Positions 1 to 14,466 of a stretch of DNA of 64,000 nucleotides are shown in pieces. A program made the translations under genes and the position numbers. The stretch is from Octopus sinensis (taxonomy: Eukaryota). The DNA is taken from contig NC_043011.1 in NCBI RefSeq assembly GCF_006345805.1, forward strand, positions 49,736,464 to 49,800,463. Direction: 5' to 3'. The notes below the pieces were generated by a model. That model was not told the DNA's origin. It saw nothing but the letters and a program-made list of their open reading frames with translations, and searched no databases. The number at the start of each line of letters is the position of its first letter. Positions within the stretch are counted from its first letter, which is position 1.

Positions 1-213
1 TAAATATTCTTCTTAGAATTCTTTAGATTAACTCTAAAATTTATCTGTGTATATATAAATAACAACATTGATTTTATAGTAGGTAAATGAACTACTATAT
101 GATAAGACTTTCCCTGTCCCATAAGCATTGGTCTACTTAATAACAGCCAACATCTTGTTTGCAGTATCTTCTTACTGAACCAAATAGCTTGTGGTTGTAA
201 GTCGACGACGACT

Positions 214-242
<29 letters not shown>

Positions 243-250
<8 letters not shown>

Positions 251-553
251 TTATAATAATAAGGGTTTTTTTGCAACAAGTTGCTTAACCACATACCGAA
301 AATTTTAGAAATAGCAGTCAAAAGACTACTATTTCCTTTTACTACAAAAATAAGTCTCCATAAACAACAATATTTGTAACTCATATATGGCAAAAAAATA
401 AGAAAAATTATGAAAACACACAGTCTTCGGTTAATTGTGGAGACTTATTTTTGTAGTAAAAGTAAATAGTAGTCTTTTGACTGCTATTTCTAAAATTTTC
501 GGTATGTGGTTAAGCAGCTTGTTACAAAAAACCCTTATTATTATAAGTATATA
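243..553. repeat. Foldback inverted repeat, ~115-bp arms with ~77-bp spacer
   Basis: 243-360 (cttataataataaggg...aagtctcca) is the near-perfect reverse complement of 438-553 (tggagactt...cccttattattataag). Confidence 0.9.
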
Positions 554-639
554 AATTTTTACCGAATATTGTCCTTTTCCATACCGAAATACTACTAGGT
601 GAAATTTGTTGATTTTATTAAATTATTTATATTTCACCC

Positions 640-641
640 TA

Positions 642-678
<37 letters not shown>

Positions 679-706
679 ATCTATCTATCTATCTATCCAT
701 CTATCC

Positions 707-753
<47 letters not shown>

Positions 754-768
754 CATCTATCTATCTAT

Positions 769-845
<77 letters not shown>
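640..845. repeat. Compound microsatellite (CT)n-(CTAT)n-(CT)n-(AT)n
   Basis: Directly visible; source of the spurious LSLS/IYLS ORFs. Confidence 0.95.
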
Positions 846-849
<4 letters not shown>

Positions 850-938
850 CTGTCTTGCTCAAGGACACAACGTGCTGCCGGTAATTGAACTCATGACCTT
901 ACGATTGTGAGCCAAATACCCATAACCACTAAGCCACA
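846..938 (-). mobile_element. tRNA-derived SINE 5' head fragment
   Basis: Minus strand reads TGGCTTAGTGG (A box-like) ... GAGTTCAATT (B box-like) ... CCTTGAGCAAGACA. Confidence 0.7.
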
Positions 939-1070
939 ACTCTTCGTAAGTCTTACAAACGGAGTCAAATATAATGTTTTTTTTATAAAGATTCAAATAC
1001 GTATTGCAAAAGTGGTGAAAAATTAATGCGATGAAATATACAGATATTGGCCAATATATATATAGGTGTG

Positions 1071-1118
<48 letters not shown>

Positions 1119-1251
1119 TGTATGTGTGTGTGTGTGTGTGTGTAATATATATCGATAATATCGTAAGATATTTTAAACATTTAAACCTTTTAAATAATAA
1201 TACTTTATATATTTATACTCTATCTATTGATACAATATATGAATAATATAC

Positions 1252-1320
<69 letters not shown>

Positions 1321-1394
1321 TGTATGTATGTATGTATGTATGTATGCATATATACATACATAGATGTACATGCATATATATGTATATAGATATG

Positions 1395-1565
1395 CATATA
1401 TGGGTACAGGACGTCACAAAACGTAAACAAGATGAAATAAATAAAGTTGGGTACGCAGACAACAAGAGAAACAAATCGAAAACAAGACAAGTAACCTTCA
1501 TCAGTTGTCGGCAGTCCTTCTACCCCATATTTCGAGCATTGAACGACAATATAAGGCTTTGAAAG
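1395..1565 (-). mobile_element. Dispersed repeat, probable PLE terminal-repeat fragment; related copy at ~5725-5900 (+)
   Basis: Both copies share TCGAAAT...GAC(T/A)GCCGACAACTGATGAAGG and abut AT microsatellites; the PLE assignment is inference. Confidence 0.4.
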
Positions 1566-1588
1566 CATACGCATCTATTTCCAAGAAA

Positions 1589-1630
<42 letters not shown>

Positions 1631-2039
1631 CAGCTACTAATTTGAGTACTCACACACACATTTATATATATATGTATGTGTGTGCGTCTGTGTGTTAACA
1701 GGGCAAATTGGGCTATTTTTCCTTCGATTGAGAAAATGATGAGCAACCTTAATCGATTTTCAAATCAATTTGACCAATACCAAAGAAACAGCCAGCCAAT
1801 CTATTCATGTACTCAACAATTACAGTTGCTACAGAAAACAGGAATTTCTAATTTGCATATAAGGTTTTTACCGGGAATTTTGAGACGTTTTTAAAGTCGT
1901 AAATAATTGTAATTTTAGCATATCTTTACTAGAATCTAATCAGCTGAACTGCCAAACGTTCTTATTCCAGATTGAAAGAGACGGCAGTAACAGCAGTTTA
2001 AACACACCCTACTAAATACTGCTTATGAGTTAAGGAGGA

Positions 2040-2580
2040 TGGGCAGAGCATCTGGTTGGAACAAGAGGCCAGGCAAAGCAAGTCCACTGAGAAGCTGATG
2101 ATGATCCCCGTTTTTGACAGTAAGGGTATCATATACAACTACCGGGTTTACTCTGACCAAACTATCAACAAAGGTTACTTTGTGGAAGCTTTGAGGAAGT
2201 TCAGGAAGACATTTATTCACAAAGATCCGGAGCATTTGCATCAGGACTATGCACCAGTCAGTCCATAGTTCCAACCTCGTAAACAACTACTTGATAGAAA
2301 TAGGCATCAAGACTGACCCTCACTTTGAATACGTTCCAGATCATGCACCTTGTGACTTTTATTTGTCACAGAAGAAGATGAAGGTGGCTGTCACAAAACC
2401 CATGGACACCATTTTGGAAAAAAGTCGATGGGACCTTCCGGAAGATCCTGGAGCGCTAAAACATGTACTGTGAAGCAGTTAAGCCAGTGGGTCATGCACT
2501 CATGGAGATTAGAATTTTGTACTTCTTCGAAATTAATAAATATATCTCTTGGAAAAGTCTGAACTTCTCAAATGCGTGTT
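2040..2580 (+). mobile_element. Degenerate mariner transposase 3' half
   Basis: Frameshifted peptides FDSKGII...QTINKGYFVEAL...HQDYAPV and IGIKTDPH...PDHAPCDFYL match mariner HQDNAP and YSPDLAPxD motifs. Confidence 0.8.
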
Positions 2581-2672
2581 ATACACACACACACACACTC
2601 ACAGACACACACACACACACACACACATATATATGTATATATTTATGCATATGTATAATATTTATAAATACG

Positions 2673-2703
<31 letters not shown>

Positions 2704-3261
2704 CATAAGTTTATATTTAATCATTTTTATCATATTTTTCACAATGGATTTGTAAAAATACAATTCTTCAGAGAAAAAAAATTTATTGTGTATATCACCA
2801 TTTTTTATGATCTATATACCCTTTTTTACAGTAATAATTCTCTTTGAAGATTCATAAGATATTTCAAAGTTTCCTTTATCAAACTTTAATAGAGCTAAGT
2901 TCATTTCCATAGTGCATTATTTCAACATATATCTGTCTTTCATGTTTTTTAAAATCCATTTTGCTGTCCCTCTTGTGTTCTAATGTATTTTAGTTATTCA
3001 TCGGATTGCGTCAGCGTCAGGGGATATACTTTTGTAAATGCGTTTGTGTGAAGGCGTATGTGTGCGTATGTATGTGTATGTGTGTGTATGTGTGTGTATG
3101 TGTGCGTATGTGTGCGTATGTGTGTGTATGTGAATATTCTAATATGTATGAGCGAAGAAAAACAAAACAGAAACGTGAATAGGAAGACAAAAAACGTATA
3201 CACACAAACATACACAAAATATACGCAGATATCATTATATATAAACACACACAGAGATATA

Positions 3262-3300
<39 letters not shown>

Positions 3301-3346
3301 TCATATACATTTATATATATGTATTATATACGCATATATATGCATA

Positions 3347-3394
<48 letters not shown>

Positions 3395-3475
3395 TATACA
3401 TATATATATATAGATATATTTATATATATACATACATACATACATATATATGAATATATGTATGTATATATATGC

Positions 3476-3515
<40 letters not shown>

Positions 3516-3903
3516 ATGTATATATATATATGCATGTATTTATTTATGCATGTATGTCCTTGTGTTTATGTATGTATGAATGCATCTATGTGTAGAGATT
3601 TGTGTGTGTATATAGATGCACACAAACACAGTGACACACACGCACATTCAAACACGCACACACATACGCCCGTCCGCCCACACATACACGCACGCAGGCG
3701 CGCATACACTCACACACATACACACATATGATGGTCTCTCTCTCTCTCTCTCTCCTGTCGAATTCGATGAATGGGGGCCAAGTACTTTTACTTTCCTTCT
3801 TTTCATTTTCCCGTCTCTTCCTTTTTTGCCTTCTCCCTTGTCTTTCAGTCCTTCTTTCCATTCCTCTTTCTGTCCACTTTTCCTTTCTTCTTTCTCTTCT
3901 TTT

Positions 3904-3945
<42 letters not shown>

Positions 3946-4145
3946 TCTCTCTTTTAGATACACGCACATAAAAGTTGGAGTTTTTCAGATGATCTTGATA
4001 AAAAGTAGATTAAGCAAATCGCTTGGACTGCCCTCCTCACCATGTATACTTACATACATATATATGTGTTGTAAGAAGCTTGCTTCGCAACCAAATGGTT
4101 CCGGGTTCAATCCGGTTGCGTGGCACCATGAGCAAGTGTCTCCTA

Positions 4146-4868
4146 TTGGATTGGTCCATAATTATTGCGGTTTTTTTGCAACAAATTTTATTCAACAAAA
4201 ACAATAACAATATTAAACAAAAAACATCTTTCAATGACAGTTGCTTTTTCTTCATAAAAATGCGTATAGAAAACCATATTCTCATTCGTCATATTATGCT
4301 CTACACCTTCGAGAAAGGCAGGAAATGCAGCACAGTTAATTTCGCGATCTCAATGATTTTTTTTGTGAAGGAACAATCAGCAAAAGCCAAGTTGAAAGAT
4401 GGTTCAGGAAGTTCAAATCGGGCGAAAGAAACCTCGCAGAGGGAAAAGGGAAGAGGTCGACCATCAAGTTTCAACGACCAGGCACTTTTGTCAGCCATGT
4501 AAGTGGACGAAAGCTTGACAATGAGAATGTCGGCCGAAGACGTCAATGTGGACTATTCGTCCATATTTCATCGTTTCGAAAACTCGGAAAAGTATAGAAA
4601 TTGGCTGCGTGGGTCCTCGAAGAACTTTCCGATAACAACAAGGCTGAACTTGTCCGAAATTTTACTGATTTGCTGCAGCGAAATGAGCAAACTCCGTTCC
4701 TGAAGAATCTCGTCACTGGGAATAATTCGTGGCTTCTTTTGGAAAACGTCAAAAGAAAAGTTTGCGTTTCGCCTGGTGTTTCACCTAAAGAAATAAGAAA
4801 TGCTGAAAGGTGTCTACTGTAAGAAGGCAATGTGGTGTGTTTGGTGGGACAGAAGCGGAATCATAAGG
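4146..4868 (+). mobile_element. Mariner element 5' part (TIR, HTH, start of catalytic domain), inserted in a family A SINE head
   Basis: TA then TTGGATTGGTCCATAATTATTGCGGTTTTTT TIR; peptides IRHIMLYTFEKG, GRGRPSSFNDQALL, AAWVLEELS, FLKNLVTGNNSW across frameshifts; ends near gtttggtgggacag (VWWD motif). Confidence 0.85.
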
Positions 4869-5004
4869 TGGCGAGCTGGCAGAAACGTTAGCACGCCGGA
4901 TTGGAATTACATATATATATATTTTGTCTGACAGCGCCCCGCATCAGGTTCGTTCTGATTCGTCGTTTCGGTCCACTTCTTGATTCCTTTTTTTATTATA
5001 TATA

Positions 5005-5061
<57 letters not shown>

Positions 5062-5429
5062 ATATATACATATACACATACATATAAATACAGTGTACAT
5101 TTAAACACATAAGCGGCATCCATCATAGGACTCCTGCACGGTAGATAGAACAGTTAAATTCCAAACCCCTAATAGGAATAAAACTTGGAAGGGAATGAAA
5201 AATAAAAACATTTACCATCTAAATCCTGGACCATGGTTTCAGATTTTATTTAGCTATTAAAATAATTTGCTAGGCGAAGTCTTCTTAAGCAGGTACACCT
5301 TAGATTAAACATATATACACGAGGCAATCCAGTATATGCCCCGAGCTTATACATTCTAATTTTTCAAAATTTACCGCGCAAGTGTAGCTCCTTTATTTAC
5401 TGCCGACAATGTTTATAAGTATTTGCATT

Positions 5430-6190
<761 letters not shown>

Positions 6191-6275
6191 ACATAAAGGC
6201 GGTGTTCCAGCATGGCTACAGTCAAATGACTGAAACAAATGAAAGAATAAAAGAATATATATATATATATATATA

Positions 6276-6584
6276 CATCACCGTCACAGGGACCAACCAG
6301 ATTATCAGATATTGTTACACATCGCTGGTCACAATGCGCTTCACATCGTTTTAGCCATCAAATGACGCTACCCCGCTGGCTAAGCGAGCAGGCCAACAGA
6401 AGAAAGAGTGAGAGAAAGTTTTGGCGAAAGAGTACAGCAGGAATCGCCACCACCCACTGCCGAAGCCTAGTTTGAGGTTTAGGTGTTTTCACTCAATAAA
6501 AACTCACAACGCCCGGTCTGGGAATCGAAACTGCGATCCTACGACCGTGAGTCCACTGCCCTAACTGGTGGGTCATTGCGCCTA
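6276..6584 (-). mobile_element. SINE family B, tail type 2 (tRNA-Arg-like head)
   Basis: Reverse complement of the 38724-39003 copy: head GGCGCAATG...GGTTAGGGCAG...TTTCGATTCCCAGACCGGGCG, tail GGCCTGCTCGCTTAGCCAGCGGGG. Confidence 0.85.
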
Positions 6585-6618
6585 CACATACACACACACA
6601 CCACACACACACCACACA

Positions 6619-6671
<53 letters not shown>

Positions 6672-6764
6672 ATACATATATATATGTATAATATATATAT
6701 ATAATATATATATATACATATATAGATATACATACATACATATACCACACACCACCACACACAC

Positions 6765-6811
<47 letters not shown>

Positions 6812-7091
6812 ATATATATATATACATATATATATACATATATAGATATACCTACATACACACATATATATATACACATATATATATATATACATATATA
6901 TACATATATATTATATATTTATACATACATATATATACATATATACATATATATATATATATACATACATATATATACATATTACATACATATATATACA
7001 TTATATATATATATATATACATATATATACAATATATATATAATTACATACATACATATATACATACATATATATATATATACATATATAC

Positions 7092-7125
<34 letters not shown>

Positions 7126-8047
7126 GTATGTATATATGTTGTTGCCGAATAGAACCAATAAACAAAAAACTAGGGGCAGCAGCAGCAGCAACAACAACAA
7201 CAACAACTATAACAGCATGTGCAATGTTACATAAATGCTAACAATGCAAAAGACAATGGCAGCGAAAGTAAAATCTTCGAAAGAAAAGAAAAGAAAAAAA
7301 CAGAGAAAAAGATACCAAAAAAACAAAACAAAAACTGTAGTGAATCTTCCGATTTTTAAAGGAGATTGACTTGACACAAACGTTCACTTATAAATACTAA
7401 CATAATAACAAAGCAGAAAGAAAAATGTTCCACATTGATTCGCTTGAAAGAAATTTTCTAATACGGGGGAAAAATAAAAGATTTATCTGGAAAACTTAAA
7501 GTGAAGCAAAATTTTCCTTGCGAGTTAACTACCGGTAAATCATACGGTATGAAGAAGAGGAGAGGTCGTGAGTGGAAAATGGATTACATGAAAATACATT
7601 TATCGTAGAAGCGACATGTTTCTGCTATGGAAATTCTTAGAAACGAGATTACTCAAGCATTAAAAGTACTCTTGGAGGGAATTTCAGAGAGAGAGAGAGA
7701 GAAAGAAGAACGGAAGTGATGGAAATATAAGCTTACATTCGAGGCAAATGGAAATTAAGGTGCTTTTAGACAATGTGTTAGTTGCAGTACAGTTCAATGA
7801 ACTTTTGTGCAATGTCTACACTTGAATGAACTCAGTGCTTGATCATGTTTTCGGAGTATGTGTCCTTCACATCAGGCTGACGTACTAACAATTATGTACT
7901 TCTGTTTAGACAATCAATAACGTTGTCCATTCACTTAATGTCAGAAATGGACTCAATGAATATATCCTTAGTTAATTATTGACGAAGACGCGAGTAATTC
8001 TGTTTAGCAAATGGAGCAGGCATGGCTTAACGTGGTTAAGAAGCAAG

Positions 8048-8265
8048 GCGGCGAGCTGGCAGAACCGTTAGCACACCGGGCGAAATACGTAGCCGTATTT
8101 CGTCTGCCGTTACGTTCTGAGTTCAAATTCCGCCGAGGTCGACTTTGCCTTTCATCCTTTCGGGGTCGATAAATTAAGTACCAGTTACGGGCTGGGGTGA
8201 ATGTAATCGACTTAATCCGTTTGTCCCCTCTGTGTGTAGCCCCTTGTGGGTAGTAAAGAAATAGA
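8048..8265 (+). mobile_element. SINE family C nested in a family A head, 12-bp TSD
   Basis: GCGGCGAGCTGGCAGAA...GTAAAGAAATAG flanked by TTAAGAAGCAAG at 8036-8047 and 8266-8277; family A head sequence resumes afterwards. Confidence 0.9.
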
Positions 8266-8627
8266 TTAAGAAGCAAGCTCTTTGCTTTGCAACCACGTGG
8301 TTTCGATTTCAGTACCACTGCGAGGCATTTTGAGCAAATGTTTTATACTACAATACTCTATCGACCAATATTTTGCGAGTGAATTGAGAAAGGCACTTCG
8401 TTTCACTTTGTTACAGTTTACATCGAAGTAAATGACTACCAGAGATGTTGGGAATCATTAACACCCACTTTCCAACTGTCGTATACTAGATTATCCATAG
8501 AGGGGCGAGACTGTTTCTATATCTACTTGCGACTAAATACTAAATAAGCGCCTAAAACAATTAGCGAAAGCATAGTACATGTTACCAAGTCAAACTCGCT
8601 CACGAGTGCCGTCTTACTGTATCATAT

Positions 8628-9013
8628 GGAGGCGCAATGGCCCAGTGGTTAGGGCAGCGGACTCGCGGTCGTAGGATCGCGGTTTCGATTCCCAGACCGG
8701 GCGTTGTGAGTGTTTATTGAGCGAAAACACCTAAAAGCTCCACGAGGCTCCGGCAGGGGATGGTGGTGATCCCTGCTGTACTCTTTCACCACAATTTTCT
8801 CTAAACTCTTACTTCCTGTTTCTGTTGTACCTGTATTTCAAAGGGCCGGCCTTGTCACTCTCTGTGTCACGCTGAATATCCCCGAGAACTACGTTAAGGG
8901 TACACGTGTCTGTGGAATGCTCAGCCACTTACACGTTAATTTCACGAGCAGGCTGTTCCGTTGATTCGGATCAACCGGAACCCTCGTCGTCGTAACCGAT
9001 GGAGTGCTTCCAT
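8628..9013 (+). mobile_element. Full-length SINE family B, tail type 1
   Basis: tRNA-like head GGAGGCGCAATGGCCCAGTGGTTAGGGCAGCGGACTCGCGG...TTTCGATTCC; TSD TGTATCATA at 8618-8626 and 9014-9022. Confidence 0.92.
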
Positions 9014-9840
9014 TGTATCATAAGTGAATACTGTGACTTCAGGTATTTGATAATCCAAAACTTAAAATCCTTCAGAACATTTCAAGATATGCTGGCTTAA
9101 ATTATGGGGGGGGGGGAAACAACAAGTCTCTTTAATGCGATTTCATTGTTATGTGCTCCGTCTCAAACATCAATGGTAGATTGTGAACATACAGCCAGTG
9201 AACAAATAGTAATTCTCTAGGTATGAAAACTAGGAAGTCATAAGGGTAGTGGATTGGCAGAGTCGTTATATCCTTGGATAAATTTCCATGCAGAACTTTT
9301 TTTCGTTGTTTCTTTTACATTCTGAGTTCAAATCCCACCGATGTCAACCTTGCTGTTTATCATCCGGGGTGGGGTCGTCAATAAAATAAAATTCAGTCAA
9401 GAACTAGGGCCGAAAGAAACGATTAACTTTCCCATCTAGCCTTGTATGTAAATTAGAAACGCTTGTTAAAAGCAATGATTTGAGAGAATAGTTGAAGGTT
9501 CACAAAAAGACAAAAGAAAAAAAGGCAGCTCTGTGGCATTTCGTTTGGCTCTTTACTTTCTGAGTTCAAATCCCGCCAGGGTCAACCATGCATTTCATCT
9601 TTTCAGTGTCAATAAAAGAAATTACTAGTCAAGCATCGGGATCAACAGCTTTCTCTCTAAGTCGCTTGCCTGATGTCTTAATTAGAAATAATTTTACTGC
9701 TGTTGATTTAATAAAAGTGATCGGTTTTTTTCTTTTGAAAGAAAAATTTTGTCAAATATAATGCGTATATAAGTTAAAAAATCACTTAATTTCGACTAAT
9801 ACACAACAGCATATATTCTATCATAATATATTTAATCGTC

Positions 9841-10318
9841 CAAGGCGATGAGCTGGCAGAACCATTAGCACGCCGGGCGAAATGCGTAACCGTATTTCGT
9901 CTGCCGTTACGTTCTGAGTTCAAATTCCGCCGAGGTCGACTTCGCCTTTCATCCTTTCGAGGTCGATAAATTTAGTACCAGATACGCACTGGGGTCGATG
10001 TAATCGACTTAATCCGTTTGTCTGTCCTTGTTTGTCCCCTCTATGTTTAGCCCCTTGTGGGCAATAAAGAAATATATATTCTATCATAATATATTTAAAC
10101 GTCCAAGGCGATGAGCTGGCAGAATCGTTAGCACGCCGGGCGAAATGCTTAGCCGTATTTCGTCTATCTTCAAGTTCTGAGTTCAAATTCCGCCGAGGTC
10201 GACTTTGCCTTTCATCCTTACGGGGTTGATAAATTAAGTACCAGTTGCGTACTGGGGTCGATCTAATCGACTGGCCCCTTCTCTGAAAATTTCGGGCTTT
10301 GTGCCTAGAGGAGAAACG
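9841..10318 (+). mobile_element. Two tandem family C SINEs with different 3' tails and a duplicated 5' flank
   Basis: Heads at ~9841 and ~10104 are both preceded by atatattctatcataatatatttaa-cgtcc. Confidence 0.85.
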
Positions 10319-10413
10319 AATACATTTAAACGTACATTGCTTATCTGTTATATTCAAAGAAGGAGTATAATTTAAAATAGCCATATATGTATAATTATTC
10401 AATGCAAATACAT

Positions 10414-10614
10414 CGTGATAGGCAAAATTTACTGCGGTATTCGAGCGGAAATAATATCTTTTGAAGTACTGTAACAAAAATACAATATGTGTATATCGGA
10501 GGGAAAATGCTAGACGCATTTCTGTGTGCTCACTGTCAGCATATCGCTAAACACAGTGCGTCCGCAAGAGAGATTATCTCCGAATGAACACCGCAGTAAA
10601 GTTTGCCTATCACG
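10414..10614. mobile_element. MITE-like element with ~29-bp terminal inverted repeats
   Basis: CGTGATAGGCAAAATTTACTGCGGTATTC at 10414-10442 versus its reverse complement at 10586-10614 with 2 mismatches. Confidence 0.7.
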
Positions 10615-10644
10615 CGGTATTCACTTACACATGATACTTTAATA

Positions 10645-10810
10645 GGCGCAGGTTTAGCTGTGTGGTAAGAAGCTTCCTTCTCGGCCACATGGTTTCGAGT
10701 TCAGCTCCACTGCGTGGCACGTTGAGCAAGTGCCTTCTACCATAGCCTTACGCCGACCAAAGCCTTGTGAGTGGATTTGGCAGACGGAAACTGAAAGAAG
10801 TCCATTGTAT
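10645..10810 (+). mobile_element. SINE family A, 5' portion
   Basis: GGCGCAGG...GCTGTGTGGTAAGAAGC...GAGTTCAG...GGATTTGGCAGACGGAAACTGAAAGAAG, shared with copies at 39.3, 39.9 and 52.6 kb. Confidence 0.85.
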
Positions 10811-11336
10811 ATATATATATTATATATATATATATATATATAAATGTAAGATCCAAGGATCGAGGTGTAGGAAGAAAGTGAGCCTCAAGCAATCCGTAAA
10901 GAATATAAAAAAAAACAACATTCAGGAACAGTAGTTGTTTATTGAGGCGGAAGGTTGTGAAGTTTTCCCTTATCAAAGTACGAAAAGCTGAAAGAAAAAA
11001 ATCATTTTGTATTTAGGGTTAGCAGCCAGGGTTGCCAGTTATGCAATTAGAAATCCATAAGTTAAGAAATGGAATAGATAAAATCCGGACTATATATATA
11101 TTTCATAGAGGGCGGAAACTCAGAAGTGGTAATTATCCAAGTGAGTTGTATACCGCAGGATAGTCCTCAGAACAAGGGTACCTTGATTAAATGAAGTTTA
11201 CTTTGTCTTTAGGAGGCCTATGTTAACACGCGAAGGGTTCGATCAGAATGCCCTTTTTGTGTGTAATACTTATGAAACATGTATGTATGTAAATATGTTT
11301 GTGTGTGTTTCTGTCTGTGTATTATATTACTTATAT

Positions 11337-13800
11337 CAGCGTTTCTCAACTTCATTCTGGCCATGGCTCCCTTTAAATTCAATGCGAAACTGTTGTGGCC
11401 CCTATGCAATTTAAGTATTTATCTCCACTCTGTCCCTCAACTTAATGCATCTAAGAGAAGTAGAGAGAAACATTAAAAGTTGTAGTTTTGCATCATGCCT
11501 CCACCCCACTTGTAAATAACAAAATAGTTGAATAAATATTTCATTTCAATAAATTTATTTACATTTACAAAGCAAAAAATATAACAATTTCAGTTTATAT
11601 TGCCTGATTTCAAAGGGATTCCTGTGACTGATGCTAGGTTACCAAAGCCATCAGTGAGAGGCGTAAATCTCCTCTTCTCTCTACGTAAAGGCGAATTCGA
11701 GTCTTTGACAGCAGATACATCACCCGACTGAAACCTGACTCAGCTAAAAAAAAAAATGATGTGGGAAAAGCGAGTAAAAGCGACTTGACGTTTTTCCAGA
11801 GTAATGCGCACTTTTTAGAGATCTCTTCATTCATTCACAGCTTCTGGTATCCTCCATACTTAAACTTTGCTAGAACTGCTGTGTTATTATGAAGCTCAAT
11901 GAAGCTTTCTTATATGTCAATATCGATTTCAGATGAATCAACAACGAAGGGATCTACAAATCACTGCGGCACCGTCATTTGGAGTAGATCAGAGAAACAA
12001 ATTTCCATATCATTATGTAACTGCTTCAAATGATTAACATACAAAACTGTTATGTCACCATCAAGCAGCTCGGTGAATATGCTTGTTAATGAAAGAAACT
12101 GCAAATTCCAGTCTTCCAAGATTCAACCAGAATAACTCTAGTTTCCCGTTGAAGGTTTTAATGTTCTCTTTGCGAAAAAGCAGAGTGGAGTTATTTCGTT
12201 GAAGTTGTTTGTTAAGGACATTTAACTTTTCAAGTATGTCAGACTAGTAAAAAAAATATCATTCTTTGCATCAACAAGTTCTCTCCAAGGAGATAACAAT
12301 GTCCCAAAGTGCAACAAAGCGATGTAGGCAATTACCCTTGGATAACCGTCTGATTTCAGTATGCAATACAAGTCGTTCAAATTCCTCGTCGTTATCTCTC
12401 TCTATATAAACGGCAGTTTGTCTGTGCGTGTTTCTGTGTGTCTGTTTGCTTGTACCCTCACCCTGACCACGGCTTTCAACCGATTCTGATGAAACTTGAC
12501 ACACACATAGCCCAATGTCATAATTCAAAACTAACGCAGCGAAAATTTTGAAAAGTTCCCCCAGTTCTGAAAAAAATCGATAAATTCGACATGGGGTCGA
12601 GAATCAGAAACCCAAACCACAGACCGTCTAGGGGGCGCAACTCCACCTTTTTAACTCTCAAAAAAAATTTACCATCATTTTTTTTCCATTTTTTTGCTAT
12701 TTTTTGGCTATAACTCTCTAAAAATGCTTTATAGTTATTTCCCTTACAAACCTGAGCAACGCCGGGCGATACTGCTAGTTTTTACATAATTGCTTAAAGA
12801 GGCCATCTTGCAGTGCATTCTTTTTTATCAAGTTGACAGCTTTGGTAATATTTATAAGTGCATCATTCAAAGGTCTTGCTTCGCGTTTGGCAACAAGTTG
12901 CCGTTGATGAAGAATACAGTGCGTACAAAGCACATTAGGAACTGCTTTTTTAATTAAGCACTGAATCCTCGATATCTTCCGATCATAGCAGCAGCACCAC
13001 CTGTTGCACAAGCCACAATGTTCTTCAATGGAATGTTGTTGTTCTCTTCAAAATAGGCCTCAAGTTTTTAGAAGACGGATTCCTCTTCTGTATCGGTCAT
13101 TAATTTCAAAGCAAAAAGCAATTTTGACATGCATCATTAACATTAAGAAACCTAACAAATGCCATTAAAAAAGCAGAATTATCAGGTAGAGTTGATTCAT
13201 CTATTTGAAGTGAGAACTCATTAACCTAAGTTTTGAAACTAATTGGCTTTCAACATCAGCTGCCATTTCATCAATCCGTCATGATACTGATGAGTTGATC
13301 AGAGGAATAACATTAGTAACCTCTTGTGAACTCGGATCCATGACTGTTGAAAGTACTACAGCCACTACACGCATGATCAAAGATTCCCCGAAGGTATGAG
13401 GCTTACCAGCTTTTGCAATTAAATTTGCTATCTTGTAAGAAGCCAACGTTCCTTTGTCTACTTTTGCTGTTTTTTGAGTGAAAATTTGATCCACTGTCAT
13501 CCTTCCTTGAACTCATCACATAAACTTTTCAAAAAATCGAGTGGATTGTCTTTCGTATCTCTATGTGCAGTCGGCAGATATTGTTTTTAGTTTGCAGGAA
13601 CGCATACTTCCTTTAGAGAACGAAGTCTTGCATGGCAGACACATAGGCACGGTAGAATTTTGTGGAGATTTAATGAATCCATTTGCAAGATATTCGACAG
13701 AATATTGTCAACACATTTGTAAGATGCCCTTGCCATATTTACCTGAAATAATAAACAAATATTTTCAAAAAAGTTGAATAAACAAGAGATTAGTTTCAAG
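11337..13800 (-). mobile_element. Decayed hAT (Charlie/SCAND3-ZBED-like) DNA transposon with transposase pseudogene
   Basis: Terminus CAGCGTTTCTCAAC at 11337; minus-strand peptides RQYSVEYLANGFI...PMCLPC (BED-like), ASYKIANLIAKAGKPHTFGESLI, HCILHQRQLVAK, LHTEIRRLSKGNCL and AFPTSFFFLAESGFS...RGDLRL (dimerisation domain); other TIR not seen. Confidence 0.9.
12395..12778 (+). mobile_element. Non-autonomous Helitron (384 bp) inserted into the hAT ORF
   Basis: A|TC start, CTAG|T end, subterminal hairpin CCTGAGCAACGCCGGG, no TSD; removing it restores the in-frame hAT peptide QLCKN-NDEEF. Confidence 0.92.
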
Positions 13801-13821
13801 TGTTTTCGTCGGGTAAGGTAA

Positions 13822-14466
<645 letters not shown>

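Noticed and set aside
5232-5280. GAAACCATGGTC on the minus strand, like the 29210 ribozyme
   Set aside because: No recognisable CUGANGA core; at most a dead remnant. The same applies to ~4965-4990 and ~37385-37415.
8628-8705. tRNA-Arg gene (also 17978, 18850-18925, 38724)
   Set aside because: tRNA-like only at the A/B boxes, with no acceptor stem, and it continues into SINE bodies with TSDs.
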